A stretch of DNA of 64,000 nt from NCBI GenBank assembly GCA_964016885.1, contig OZ024740.1:212660001-212724000 (forward strand), read 5' to 3'. This document shows, piece after piece, positions 1-11,744 of this stretch. The translations under genes were made by a program, and so were the position numbers. The DNA is from Eledone cirrhosa (lineage: Eukaryota). Below the pieces are notes generated by a model, which worked only from the letters and a program-made list of their open reading frames with translations, searched no databases and was not told the DNA's origin. Position 1 is the first letter of the stretch, and each line of letters starts with the position of its first letter.

Positions 1-1975
1 ACTTATGACATTCTTACAATTTAGATGTGATTTTAGTATGTTCTTACTCTCCTTATGTATTCAGATTTTATCAACTTCTTCAGTTTATTGTTCTTAATGT
101 CATCTGCCTCCAGAACACACAAATACCTGTATCACCCTTCAGTGTCGATTTCCTTAATTATATCACCTATTGGTACCTGGATTCCGTTGCTTCTGTTCAA
201 TTTACGCCTCTTCATCAATAGGACTCCACACTTATTAACACCAAATTCCATATATCATTGCTGGAAATACGAACAGTGCTAACAAGTGCATCCAACTTCT
301 CGCTTTTCCCAAAGGTTTTAGATCATCCATGAAGAGGAGGTGGTTGATGGTAAATTCTCCTCTTCTCAGCTTGTATCCTGCTTTCACTTTTCGCAATATG
401 AGGGTAAGGATAAACAACAAAGGGGACAAACTATCTCCCTGGAAGATACCTCTCTTGATCTTCACTCCTTCCAAGGATTCTCCATCTGATGTTAGCTCTG
501 TTTTCCAGGTCTTCATACTATTACTTAATCGCTGTCTGATATTGTCTGCTACCTTGAAGATCATTAGGCTTTTGGTTATCCAAGAATGAGGAACCATGTC
601 GAATACCTTCTTGTAGTCTATCTATCTCAATGCAAGACCAGTATGCTACCTCTTGCAATTCCTTATTACCATCTTATCAATAAGTAACTGGTCTTTTGTA
701 CCAGGAGACTTCTTTCGGCATCCTTTCTGTTCGTCTGGTAACAAGTTGTTTATGTGGAGGTGATAGTAGATTTCCTCAGACACAATGTTTGTTAGCAGTT
801 TCCACATTATGGACAGACATGTAATAGGCTTATAGTTGATAATCTCACTACCATTCATTCGGTCTTTCATTACCAGAACTGTGGTACCTTTTGTCAACCA
901 CTCTGGTACTTCACCCGACCGACACCAAGCAGTCATTGAACATGGTTGTCAGTTTTGGGTGGAGGGACATTATACGTTTTGTCCAATATCCTTGCACACC
1001 ATCTGGGCCTGGTAATTTCCAGTTAGTTAATTTATCGGTCTGCTTTTTAAGAGTTTCAACCGTGATACTCAAATCAGGTTGTTGGTGTGCTTGTTCACTA
1101 ACCTCCTTTTTAACTGTCTCAATCCACACTTCTTGACTATTATGTTCAACATCCTGCTTCCATATTCCTCTCCAAAATGCGTTGGTCTGTTCAGCTTCAG
1201 GGATCGCGTCGTTACCTCTTTCTTTCCCTTCAAGCTGTTCAAATGACATCGTCTGGTTGTTGTCAAACATGCAGTTCTGTCTATATTGACTAACTCAGTT
1301 CTCATATCATTTAATCCTTGCACTTTTTGCTCAAATGCGTTGCTTAAGCTCCTCTATGATAGCATTTAGTTATTTTCCCTTATCTATCCTTAGTGTCTAT
1401 GATTTGTAATGTCTCAAGTTTTCCAATATCTTTTCTCATTTCCTTGATCTCACCTTTCAGTCGTTTCTTCCACCAAGGCTCTGCCCTTTCTTGTTGGTCG
1501 TTTCCTCTCGTTTTTATACCAAACAATTTTGTCATCACATTTGCAGTTGCTTTGAGGATGTTGTTGCATTGGTGAATGTTTTTCTCCTCAAAGTATGGGT
1601 CGACCCTGTTTACCTTAGTTGTCGTTTCCTTTAACTTTTTCCTGTCTACATAGGTTTTCCACTATCATTGTTCATTTTATCTACCACTAAGTACAGAATA
1701 TCAACAACATCTTTCCCTAGCCCGTCAGCATTCATTTCCACAATGGCCGTTCCTTTGTTCCAGATGTTATTCATTTCAGCATTCAGGTCATTGTCTGCTT
1801 CGGTAGCTTCCTCAGGTCTCTCAACCTCTTCACCCTCATCTTCTAGTGGCTCATTTGCTTGCTATACCCCACTTTCCATTTCCAACTTAATCTCTCTACT
1901 CAGTTCCTCCAGTCCCAACTCGCTTATCCATCCATTAGTTCTTATTACACGAGCCTGACTCGCCAATTTTTGTTC
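1..1975 (-). mobile_element. Decayed R4/Dong-clade non-LTR retrotransposon (N-terminal region plus RT), running off the window start
   Basis: Broken minus-strand ORFs carry RT motifs: KLPGPDGVQGYW, NYKPITCL, EQKGC...GTKDQLLID, GIFQGDSLSPLLF, HLLFMDDLK. Bases 1-290 are the reverse complement of a close relative of 12085-12370. Multiple frameshifts and stops. Confidence 0.85.
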
Positions 1976-1979
1976 ATTA

Positions 1980-3555
1980 TCGGTAGAGGGTCGGACGCCA
2001 TGCTTTCCAGCATAGTTACGTCCCTTTATGATCTGAGTTCAAATCCCGCCGAGGTTGACTTTGCCTTTCATCCTTACGGGGTCGATAAAATAAAGTACCA
2101 GTAATGCACTGGATAATTGCTGGCCTTGTGCCTAAAATAGAAACAATTAATTTAAATAGACCAACTTCATTCCAGATTTATGCACCCGTTTCCTATAGCC
2201 TTTTGTCATGGGATCACACTTCAGATAACATTTCATGACAGTTTTATTTAATTCTTTCTTCCAGTTGGTTCTTGCCTCATTCCTTCTTCTGCCTCCAACA
2301 CCAGATCCTTGCTTCTGGGCCAGGAAGCACTTGCTGGGTGAGAGTCTTTCACATGAAGTTCCGCCGCCTTTTCACAGTTATTTGAACTATTTAGGTTCTC
2401 CATTTAAACACTCATATAGAGGATTAGTGAATTTAAGTTTGCACGAATACCAGTGTTTTAACGTGACACCATCACGTTAAAAAAAAAAGTACGGGGCAAT
2501 TTATGTGACATTTACTATCATTATTTTTGTGCTGTCTTTAATGTTTTCTTAATGTGAGTCCTGTATATAAATCATTATTATTACTGGCAGTATCGGTAGA
2601 GGGTCAAACGCCATGCTTTCCAGCATAGTTACGTCCCTTTACGATCTGAGTTCAAATCCCGCCGAGGTTGACTTTGCCTTTCATCCTTACGGGGTCGATA
2701 AAATAAAGTACCAGTAATGCACTGGGTAATTGCTGGCCTTGTGCCTAAAGTAGAAACAATTATTATTACTGAGTTCAAATCCCGCCGAGGTTAACTTTGC
2801 CTTTCATCCTTACGGGGTCGATAAAATAAAGTACCAGTAATGCACTGGGTAATTGCTGGCCTTGTGCCTAAAGTAGAAACAATTATTATTATCAGCATCT
2901 GGTGGATTGGCAGTACCGGTAGAGGGTCAGGCGCCATGCTTTGACGCATAGAGTTACGGCCCTTGCCAGTCTGAGTTCAAATCCTGCCGAGGTTAACTTT
3001 GCCTTTCATCCTTATGGGGTTGATAAAATAAAGTACCAGTAATACACTGGTTAATTGCTGGCCTTGTGCCAAAATTAGAAACAATTATTATTATCAGCAT
3101 CATTATTATTAACAATAAATCATTATTACTATCATTTTCAAGGTAGTGGATTGGCAGTACCGGTAGAGCGTCAGACACCATTCTTTGCAGCATAGAGTTA
3201 TTGCCCTTTACGATCTGAGTTCAAATCCAGCCGAGGTTAACTTTGCCTTTCATCCTTACGAGGTCGATAAAATAAAGTACCAGTAATGTACTGGGGGTGG
3301 ATTTAATCAACTATCCCCTCCCCCAATTGCTGGCCTTGTGCTTAACATAGATATCCTTATTATAATTATTATTAGATTGGCAGTATCAGTAGAGTGTTGG
3401 ACAACATACTTTGAAACATAGAGTTATGGCTCTTTACGTTCGGTGTTCAGATCCCACTGAGGTTAGCTTTGCCTTTCATCCTTACGGGGTCAATTTAATC
3501 AACTTTCCCATTCCCCAAAAATTATTGGCCTTGTGCCTATATCAGAAATTATTAT
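1980..3555 (+). mobile_element. Head-to-tail cluster of about 6 tRNA-derived SINE copies with a Nin/Deu-like core and (ATT)n tails
   Basis: Repeated unit: TGGCAGTATCGG (A-box-like), GTTCAAATCC (B box), GCCGAGGTTGACTTTGCCTTTCATCCTTACGGGGTCGATAAAATAAAGTACCAG, then (ATT)n. Units start near 1980, 2585, 2768, 2905, 3148 and 3375. Confidence 0.85.
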
Positions 3556-3769
3556 TATTGTAGACATTATGGCTTCTTTAGAGAAGCTGAAAAAAAAAAC
3601 ATCCAAACATGGTGGTCTTATGATTATGATCTAGTACTTGTCTAGAAGCAGGACTACCTGCTCAATAATATGAGATCACTTGATTTTGAAGTTTCTATCA
3701 ATGAAACTAAAATATCCAACACATTGTCATTTTCCACTTCTAGCTGAGTATGGGATATGTGCTTCTCTT

Positions 3770-4150
3770 GACTGGACTAAATAGAGCTTGGTGGTTGTCT
3801 TGTTTAGGAAAGGCCAATGTCTTGAGATAAAATCTTGGCTGGACTAAATAGAGTGTGGTGGTTGTCTTGTTTAGGAAAGGCCAATGTCTTGAGATAAAAT
3901 CTTGGCTGGACTAAATAGAGTGTGGTGGTTGTCTTGTTTAGGAAAGGCCAATGTCTTGAGATAAAATCTTGGCTGGACTAAATAGAGTGTGGTGGTTGTC
4001 TTGTTTAGGAAAGGCCAATGTCTTGAGATAAAATCTTGGCTGGACTAAATAGAGTGTGGTGGTTGTCTTGTTTAGGAAAGGCCAATGTCTTGAGATAAAA
4101 TGTTGACTGGACTAAATACAGCTTGGTGGTTGTCTTGTTTAGGAAGGGCC
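3770..4150. repeat. 67-bp minisatellite, about 5.7 copies
   Basis: GGACTAAATA recurs at 3774, 3841, 3908 and onward with 67-bp period; the units are near-identical. Confidence 0.95.
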
Positions 4151-4475
4151 TATTCACATATGGAATACAACAGCCAGTTCAGAAATAAATTATAGTAATA
4201 TTGCCGACATGACGATTATTCTGCATCTTTAACCCGTTTCATACTACACTACATAAAGACAGGTATATGTGAAACACATGCCAAAATTGCACTGTAGCTA
4301 AGATAGAATGTGCTATATATAACTCTACTGTTAGTATATTTATGTTTTCCAAAGCATGCTGTTTAACACAGCAATAATTATTTAATTAACCTGACTGTGA
4401 ACAAAGCACTATTTATGCAAATCAGATTTTCCAGTTTAGTCAAGTTGCAGTGACTATATATGCAATTTCTCCATT

Positions 4476-4600
4476 GACAGTCAACAGGTGAGTACATGGT
4501 CTCTGATGAGCTATCCCACATGGGACCAAAACATGGACAGTCAACAGGTGAGTACATGGTCTCTGATGAGTTATCTCAGATGAGACCAAAGCCCATCAGA
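4476..4600 (+). repeat. 60-bp direct duplication, each copy with a degenerate hammerhead-like core
   Basis: GACAGTCAACAGGTGAGTACATGGTCTCTGATGAG occurs twice, 60 bp apart. Each is followed by a small hairpin (TCCCA-CA-TGGGA or TCTCA-GA-TGAGA) and CCAAA. Confidence 0.6.
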
Positions 4601-5259
4601 TATACCCCCTTTTTTATGATTGCAAAGAGATAATACAGATATGTGTGGTGTTAGCTATAATTTGTATTGCTACAATAGATATACCTTAAAATACATTTAT
4701 GTTAGCAACAGTATGTTGCTTAGTGCATCTGTAATTAATTGGGTTAACAAGCTACTAGTAAACTACTTTCTGAGCAAATGTAATTTTCCATTGTAATGAA
4801 ACCCTTAGTAGTAGGTAGTAGTGACTACAAATAAAGTTTCTTCATTCACAGTAGATGGGCATATACTCAGAGTCTGATAAAATGTCCCAAATAAGATCAA
4901 AATTAGTCATGCAGATAGGAAATTGTATAGGAATTTCTATATATTTGTCCAGTGTATTCAGTTAGACATGCACTGCCAACTAAAAAATTTGTGTTATCAT
5001 CATCATTTTTACATCTGTTATTTTATGCTTGCATACATTGGATGGGTTCTTTTCAGCATAGCATAGTTAAAATAACACATATGACCCAAGGTGTAATATA
5101 TACTAATATTTCAGTTATTAATTAATTTTTTAAGTAATAGTTAAATTTGAGTTGAAATCCAACAGCGGCAGATTATGTCTTTCTTCCTCCTAGAAGAAAA
5201 GAAATACCTGTGATTGATAATATCCCTACCAAATAACAGTGTGAACTTGTCTCATTATT

Positions 5260-5372
5260 AGAAATCCTGCCGAGGTTGACTTTGCCATTCATCCTTACAG
5301 GATCGATAAAACAAAGTACCAGTAAACCCTGGGATAATTGCTGACCATGTGCCAAAAGTACAAACAATTATT
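5260..5372 (+). mobile_element. Nin-core SINE fragment
   Basis: GCCGAGGTTGACTTTGCCATTCATCCTTACAGGATCGATAAAAC matches the 1980-3555 unit. Confidence 0.8.
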
Positions 5373-6185
5373 AGAAATCCATATGAACTCCTTTATGAGT
5401 GATTCAATGAGAACATAAGATTACTGCAACTAAAACATAAATGCCATCAACATTATAGGAAAATAGGACATTTTATTTATTTATTTATTCAATTTAGAGC
5501 TAGTAAGCCACGGCAGATTAGAGAAATTTGTTTTGTAAGTAAATGAATAAAAACATAAATCTTCTAGCAAGTGATATAAATATTTATTAATTTACAAATA
5601 TAAAGTTGTTGGCAAATATGAACAATTTTAAGACAATGCTGTTTCTGAGATATCCTTTAACATATCTTATCTTTTATATATGTTGTCCCAAATTTGCTCG
5701 AATTGAACAAATCTATGATTAAAAATGTTCCAGTCTTGACCATCCCATCCTCTTTTCCAGGCCGAGTATGTTTATTCAACAAGTCTTTCATGGTTTAAAA
5801 TATTATGCTGTGATTTAAGGGAAATTTCAGTGCAATTTCCAGCAGATTGTACAACATGAAGTTTCCTTCATAAAAATTTCCCATATTCCTATTAACAGTT
5901 TTTATATCAACCTGTCCAAAATTGCTCCTGGTTCTTCGAGACAAAACCACCTATTTCAAAGAATTCCTATTTTGATTTAAATAACAAACTTTTTTAAAGT
6001 TTTAAAGTTGCATTGCAAATAATATCTTAATAATGAAATAATTTGTTAATAATGAAATAATTTGTTAAATCTTTAATTAAAATAGAAACTATGTCATTAA
6101 AAATGTAGTAACGAAAGGGTTAATGAGAAATATCAATCTTAAATATTTCTATGTTAACAATATTGAACACTTTTAATAAAATAGC

Positions 6186-6522
6186 CATCATCATTTCATC
6201 ATTTCATTTTACGTCCGCTTTTTCCCTGCTTGCAAGAGTGGGACGGGAACTGATTCTGGCTTGATTTCTACAGCTGGATGCCCTTCCTAACACCAACCTC
6301 ATTTACAGTGAGTGCTGGGTGCTTTTTTGCCGTGGCACCTCCACAACCACTTTGCAGTGGAATGATATGGACCCCAGTCCCTATCATCTCATTTCTACAG
6401 CTGAGTAAACTGGAGCAATGTGAAATAAAGTGTCTTGCTCAAGGAAACAACACATCACCCGGTCTGAGAATTGAACTCACAACCTTTCGATTGCAAGGCC
6501 AATGCTCTAACCACTAAGCCAT
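6186..6522 (-). mobile_element. tRNA-headed SINE ending in the 3' tail of the PHD-RTE LINE family
   Basis: Minus strand: A box TGGCTTAGTGG, B box GTTCAATTC, core TTTCCTTGAGCAAGACACTT. Then GTTGGTGTTAGGAAGGGCATCCAGCTGTAGAAATC...GGACGTAAAA plus GAT-like repeats, as at 18150-18310. Confidence 0.8.
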
Positions 6523-6685
6523 TGAATAATATTTACCATTGAAATAAGTGGATATAGGTGTAATTAAGGAATAAAAAATATATTATAACAAAAAGAAAGC
6601 AAAAGCGAAAATATTTTTTCTTAATTTACTACTCTCTTTTGTAAAAAAACTTATTTATTTCTAGATATAACTGGTTATGAGAATT

Positions 6686-6988
6686 AAATTATATCTAGAA
6701 GGATGTAGTAGTTAGCTATAGATATACTGTATAAAAAGTAGGGAGAAATTATATCTAGAAGGATGTAGTAGTTAGCTACAGATATACTGTATAAAAAGTA
6801 GGGAGAAATTATATCTAGAAGGATGTAGTAGTTAGCTACAGATATACTGTATAAAAAGTAGGGAGAAATTATATCTAGAAGGATGTAGTAGTTAGCTACA
6901 GATATACTGTATAAAAAGTAGGGAGAAATTATATCTAGAAGGATGTAGTAGTTAGCTATAGATATACTGTATACAAAGTAGGGAGAAA
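6686..6988. repeat. 60-bp minisatellite, 5 copies
   Basis: AAATTATATCTAGAAGGATGTAGTAGTTAGCTAYAGATATACTGTATAAAAAGTAGGGAG repeated with exact 60-bp period. Confidence 0.95.
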
Positions 6989-7303
6989 TGAGAAACATGC
7001 TTTTTCCTAAAGATTTTTAGTGACTATAGTGAAGAGAAAGAGAAACAACATAGAATTATAACAGAGTTATGGAGAGGGGAAACTGGTATGCACGGGCGAC
7101 TACTAGTCTTTCACAAAAAACAAACTTTGCCCAGGCTTGAGCCTCAGAAATAAATTTTCTAGGAGCAAAACTATGGTCATTCGTGACCAAGTGGTGCCTT
7201 CAATACTTGGAACATACCACTTAGTATGTACTACTATTTGGAACATACCATTTATTCTGTATTGTTACTCATCTGCCATTCAATAGAAAATGAAAAAGGT
7301 AAA

Positions 7304-7413
7304 ATAATAATTGTTTCTACTTTTGGCACAAGGCCAGCAATTACCCAGTGCATTACTGGTACTTTATTTTATCGACCCCGTAAGGATGAAAGGCAAAGTT
7401 AACCTCGGCGGGA
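7304..7413 (-). mobile_element. Nin-core SINE 3' fragment
   Basis: Reverse complement of the 2780-2890 unit. Confidence 0.85.
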
Positions 7414-7544
7414 TAATAATGAAAACCTAAAACATTAATGACACCATGTTTCAACAAGTTTCAATTAGATTATATAGTATTTACAATAAAAAGAAGAAAA
7501 AAGGTAAATGATGAAAGTAAGGGGAAAGAAGAGGGACAGTAGAC

Positions 7545-7745
7545 TGTACCATCACAAAATCATTGCAGTAGGGAACAGCCAGCAACAGCCACCACATAGA
7601 CCACTCAACCTCACATGACCACATTCTCAAGCAGAATACATCCCTCCCAATATTGCAGAGGAAAACAGCAGTTCTGGGACAGATGACATCCGTGGTCTTG
7701 ACAGTGACCAGCAAGAAAAAGAAGCAGTTGATCAAGTCTTGGTAT
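7545..7745 (-). pseudogene. Highly decayed C-terminal relic of a CRE-clade-like LINE
   Basis: FFFLLVTVKTTDVICPRTAVFLCNIG...EVEWSMWWLLLAVPYCNDFVM aligns by eye with the relics at 13690-13897 and 18830-19090. DNA shares GGTCTTGACRGTGACCAGC and CAGCAACAGCCACC with 13757-13880. Confidence 0.45.
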
Positions 7746-8174
7746 CTGGATATCTTCTGATCTTCTGCATTACAGACAATTGTACACAGGGCTTGTGGCC
7801 AAATTAACAAAGCTGGACTTGGAGAATATGTCACAGTTTGAGACATCCCAGATTCAAAATATAAAAATAAATAAATCATTCAAGGAGACTTATTATTTCA
7901 AAACAGAGCATATACTAACATTAAAAAATTCTAATACTGCCAGGATTTACGACTGGTAGATAGTATCAGCAATGGAAAGACCAATGGAAACATTGTTTCC
8001 ATAGTTCGATTTGATGAGTCCTACCCTCCACCCCACTCAGTAAGTGAAGGAGGTCTAGGAACATGTTTTCAATAAAAAATTGATAACTTAGAAACATAAT
8101 CAGAAAAAGAGAGGTAGGTGTAAAAGCCAAACTTGCCAGCTTCAGCATTCAGTATCTAGAAGAAGGGAGGTATG

Positions 8175-8363
8175 TGTAAAAGTCAAACTCGCTACCTTCA
8201 ATTCGATATTCATGCCAACCCTTGCCTATGGTCACGAATCTTGGGTAATGACCAAAAGAATACAATTGCAAATACAAGATACCAAAATGGGGTTCCTCCA
8301 AAGGGTCTTTTGAGTAATGTTACTCAATAGAGTGCGTAGCTCAGAGATCAAAGAGTCACTCCA
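8175..8363 (+). pseudogene. Short RTE-type LINE relic (post-RT region)
   Basis: Translates to SIFMPTLAYGHESWVMT...MGFLQRVF*VMLLNRVRSSEIKESL, which matches the RTE YG.E.W thumb region. Confidence 0.6.
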
Positions 8364-8448
8364 AGAAGAAGAAGAAGAAGAAGAAGAAGAAGAAGAAGAA
8401 GAAGAAGAAGAAGAAGAAGAAGAAGAAGAAGAAGAAGAAGAAGAAGAA
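8364..8448. repeat. (GAA)n microsatellite
   Basis: Pure GAA run seen directly. Confidence 0.98.
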
Positions 8449-9134
8449 ATAAAGTGAAACATTACATGAGAAAAGATAAATAAAAGAATAAATAAAGGTG
8501 AGCTAATAATATCTAGAATAATTTTCAATGAGAAGATCTCAATTGTAAAATAAAAGAGTGAGCAGCAAAAGAAAATGGTTGAACCTAAAGTAGATGTGAA
8601 AATTGTAATATAATAAAGGTAAAACATGTAATAAAACAGGTGTAGAGAATAAATAATACAAGATGAAGTGAAAGGTTATAGGCTGATTAAGATACTATCA
8701 TGGAATGACCAAATGAGGTTTAGTTTTCAACATAGTCCATGAAAAAAAACAATGCAGTTATTAATATGAAGAGTTGTAACTAATGCATGAAAGATTTCAC
8801 AGCTCTTTTTATGGTGAAACATTCTCATATTAGAGTTTGTCCAGGTATTTATAGTTTTAAAAGGTTGGTCTGTCCATTTTGATTCATTCTTTTAATTAAT
8901 ATGTATTTTCCACTCCTTTCGTAGACTTTATGTTTTAAACTCTAGTGGTTATCTATCCCTATAATTGAAAACATACCTCTTTGTGTTTTCTTCTCCATAT
9001 AGTGTATTATAAAGAGTCCAGTATCTATTCCTTGAGTTCATTAAATTACAGGGGATTAACACGAGTTTTAACCTCTGTTTTTTTAATTTGATATATATAT
9101 ATAATTAGAAAGTGAACAACACAAAATATAACTA

Positions 9135-9202
9135 CTCCATTACCAAAGGTTTCTGGATCCCAGACAATAATAAAATACGCCTGGATCGGTCGTCAGACAG
9201 AG
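9135..9202 (-). ncRNA. Type I hammerhead ribozyme-like motif, probably a solo Penelope-like pseudo-LTR remnant
   Basis: Minus strand: CTCTGT-CTGACGA-CC GATCCAGGCG...TGTCTGGGATC CA-GAAA-CC TTT GG-TA-ATGGAG. Stem I is CTCTGT/ATGGAG, stem III is CC/GG, the cleavage triplet is GUA. The base of stem II is mismatched. Confidence 0.6.
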
Positions 9203-9339
9203 ATGTTATAGATAAAAGATATGAAATGAGATTTAAAATCTGTTAAAAATTGTAAGTGAGGCTGGAAAAATAACGGGAAATATACATAAGAAAAGAAGGG
9301 TAAGAAAAATAATATATAAAAATATATAGCAATATAGAA

Positions 9340-9663
9340 AAAGACATGTGTACATACATATACACACACATACACACATTCAGATAAAAGGAAAATATAT
9401 ATATGTATATATACATACATACATATATATACATATATATACAAACATACATGTACACGGACATACACATATACATACGGATATATACAGATACACACAC
9501 ATATAAAAAACATATAGAGACATACATACAGACATATACAAATACATATACACACTGACATATATCATATACATATATATATATACATATATACATATAT
9601 ATGTATATATGGCACAGACACAAGTGCATAGACACACTAGTCTACAAAAACATACATACGTGA

Positions 9664-9698
<35 letters not shown>
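9340..9698. repeat. Compound (TA)/(CA) microsatellite
   Basis: Seen directly; it explains the spurious YIYI/CVCV ORFs. Confidence 0.95.
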
Positions 9699-11323
9699 CG
9701 ACTTGGAGAAAGCCTTCGACAGAGTCCCCCGTTCCATTATCTGGTGGGCTCTTAGAAAACTAGGCGTTGACGAATGGCTTGTGAGGGCTATACAAGCCAT
9801 GTATAAAGAAACAGGCAGCAAGGTTAGAATTAACAACGAATATAGTGAAGAGTTTAACGTAAAAGTTGACGTCCATCAGGGCTCTGTTCTCAGCCCCCTA
9901 CTATTTATTATCGCCCTTCAGGCTATAACAGAGGAGTTCAAGACCGGCTGCCCATGGGAACTCCTATACGCAGACGACCTGACACTCATAGCGGAATCAA
10001 TGGCCGAGCTAGAGAAGAAATTCCAAACATGGAAGCACGGCCTAGAATCAAAAGGCCTTTAAATTAACCTGGCTAAGACTAAAGTTCTAGTTTGTAGGAA
10101 AGAAAATAAGGCGGCGGTCCCTTCTGGGAAATGGTCGTGCTCGGTGTGTAGGAAAGGCGTAGGTAGAAACTCCATTTTATGTCCTAAATGCAAAGTATGG
10201 GTGCATAAAAGATGTAGTGGGATCACAGGTAAGCTAACTAAGAACATAGATTTTACATGTGGCCGGTGCTCTGGTGCAATAAGTAGCAGCAAGCGCCCAC
10301 AAAATACTAGCTCCTTCAATTGCGCAGAGGGTTCTATAGAAATAGTGGACAGCTTCCGTTACCTGGGTGATAAAATCAGCAGTGGGGGAGGGTGCTCTGA
10401 AAGTACAGTAGCTAGAGTCAGAACTGGTTGGAAAAAGTTCAGAGAGCTTATACCACTATTAGCTGCTAAAGGGTTCTCCCTAAAAATGAAAGGCAGGTTG
10501 TACGATGCCTGCATACGAACAGCAATGTTGCATGGCAGTGAGACCTGGGCATTGTGTGCAGAGGATATACGCAGACTAGAGAGGAACGAAGCTTGCATGC
10601 TCCGCTGGATGTGTAACAGTAATATACGTGAACGGCAAAGCATAAACGAACTAAGGAAAAAATTAGAAATAAGAGGGATCAGATGTTGTTTACTCGAGAG
10701 AAGGCTACGTTGGTATGGACACGTGATGCGCATGAAAGTCGATAGCTGTATAACAAAGTGCAGGGCAATAAAGATAGACGGTAGCCACGGAATAGGCAGA
10801 CCTAGAAAAACCTGGGACGAGCTGATAAACTCCGACCTCACACACTTACACCTCTCCAAGACAATGTCACTGGACCGAGACCTTTGGCGGTACTCAGTAA
10901 CAGAGAAGACCCGCCTTACCTAAATACATAGTAAAACCTACTACAGCCAGTAGGCATCTCTAACAAAATACCCCCCCCCCCTCGTCCCACCACCCCCAAC
11001 CCATCCACGCCACCCAGTTCTATGTAAAGTTGTGTTGGTGCCACACCATCCAGGCCGAAACAAATGAGATCGTGTAGGTGTCACGACAAAAAACACACAG
11101 TCCACGCTGTAATGTGGCCGTGTAGGCAACACGGTAAAAACCTCCCAGACCCACACTGTAAATGTGGTTGGTGTTAGGAAGGGCATCCAACTGTAGAAAA
11201 CCTGCCAGACAGTCCTATGCGAGCAAGACAATCACTCTTGCCTCAAGTGGGACTACCCCTGTCCAAACCCATGCAAGCGTGGAACACGGACGTTAAACGT
11301 TGATGATGATGAGGATGATGATG
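9699..11323 (+). mobile_element. 5'-truncated RTE-clade LINE (RT with embedded PHD finger, 3' UTR, (GAT)n tail)
   Basis: DLEKAFDRVPR, HQGSVLSPLLF, LLYADD, FRYLG, LHGSETW, RRLRWYGHV, GRPRKTW. One frameshift near 10060. Starts at a (TA)n run and ends in GATGATGAT. Near-identical to 27375-28991. Confidence 0.93.
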
Positions 11324-11415
11324 TGTGTAGGAGGTGAGTTTTATTGTAGTACAATAAAGCAATGCAGATATCGGATAAGAAGCACTCTACAGTTTGTAGG
11401 ACTGGAGTATACATA

Positions 11416-11711
11416 ATATATAAGATCAAAAGATGGTTAAAAGAGTTCCATGTATTTTATTATGCGCATTTCAAAAACAAATATCATCATGCAATAACAT
11501 TTGTGTTTTCATCAGATAAAATAGGAAGCCATGATATGAAGGTTAAAAACATTTGTGGATAGTGCAGTTTTAAATCAACATATGTTGATTTAACCTTCAT
11601 ATCATGGCTTCCTATTTTATCTGATGAAAACACAAATGTTATTGCATGATGATATTTGTTTTTGAAATGCGCATAATAAAATACATGGAACTCTTTTAAC
11701 CATCTTTTGAT

Positions 11712-11720
<9 letters not shown>
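11416..11720. repeat. Perfect long inverted repeat (132-bp arms, 41-bp spacer)
   Basis: 11416-11547 is the reverse complement of 11589-11720. The ORF track gives the same peptide on both strands (YKIKRWLKEFHVFYY...). Confidence 0.95.

Positions 11721-11744
<24 letters not shown>

Noticed and set aside
6684-6998. 104-aa hydrophobic repeat ORF
   Set aside because: It is a by-product of a 60-bp minisatellite, with no splice or start context.
8232-8627. Poly-Ser membrane-like ORF
   Set aside because: It is the antisense reading of (GAA)n and an RTE relic.
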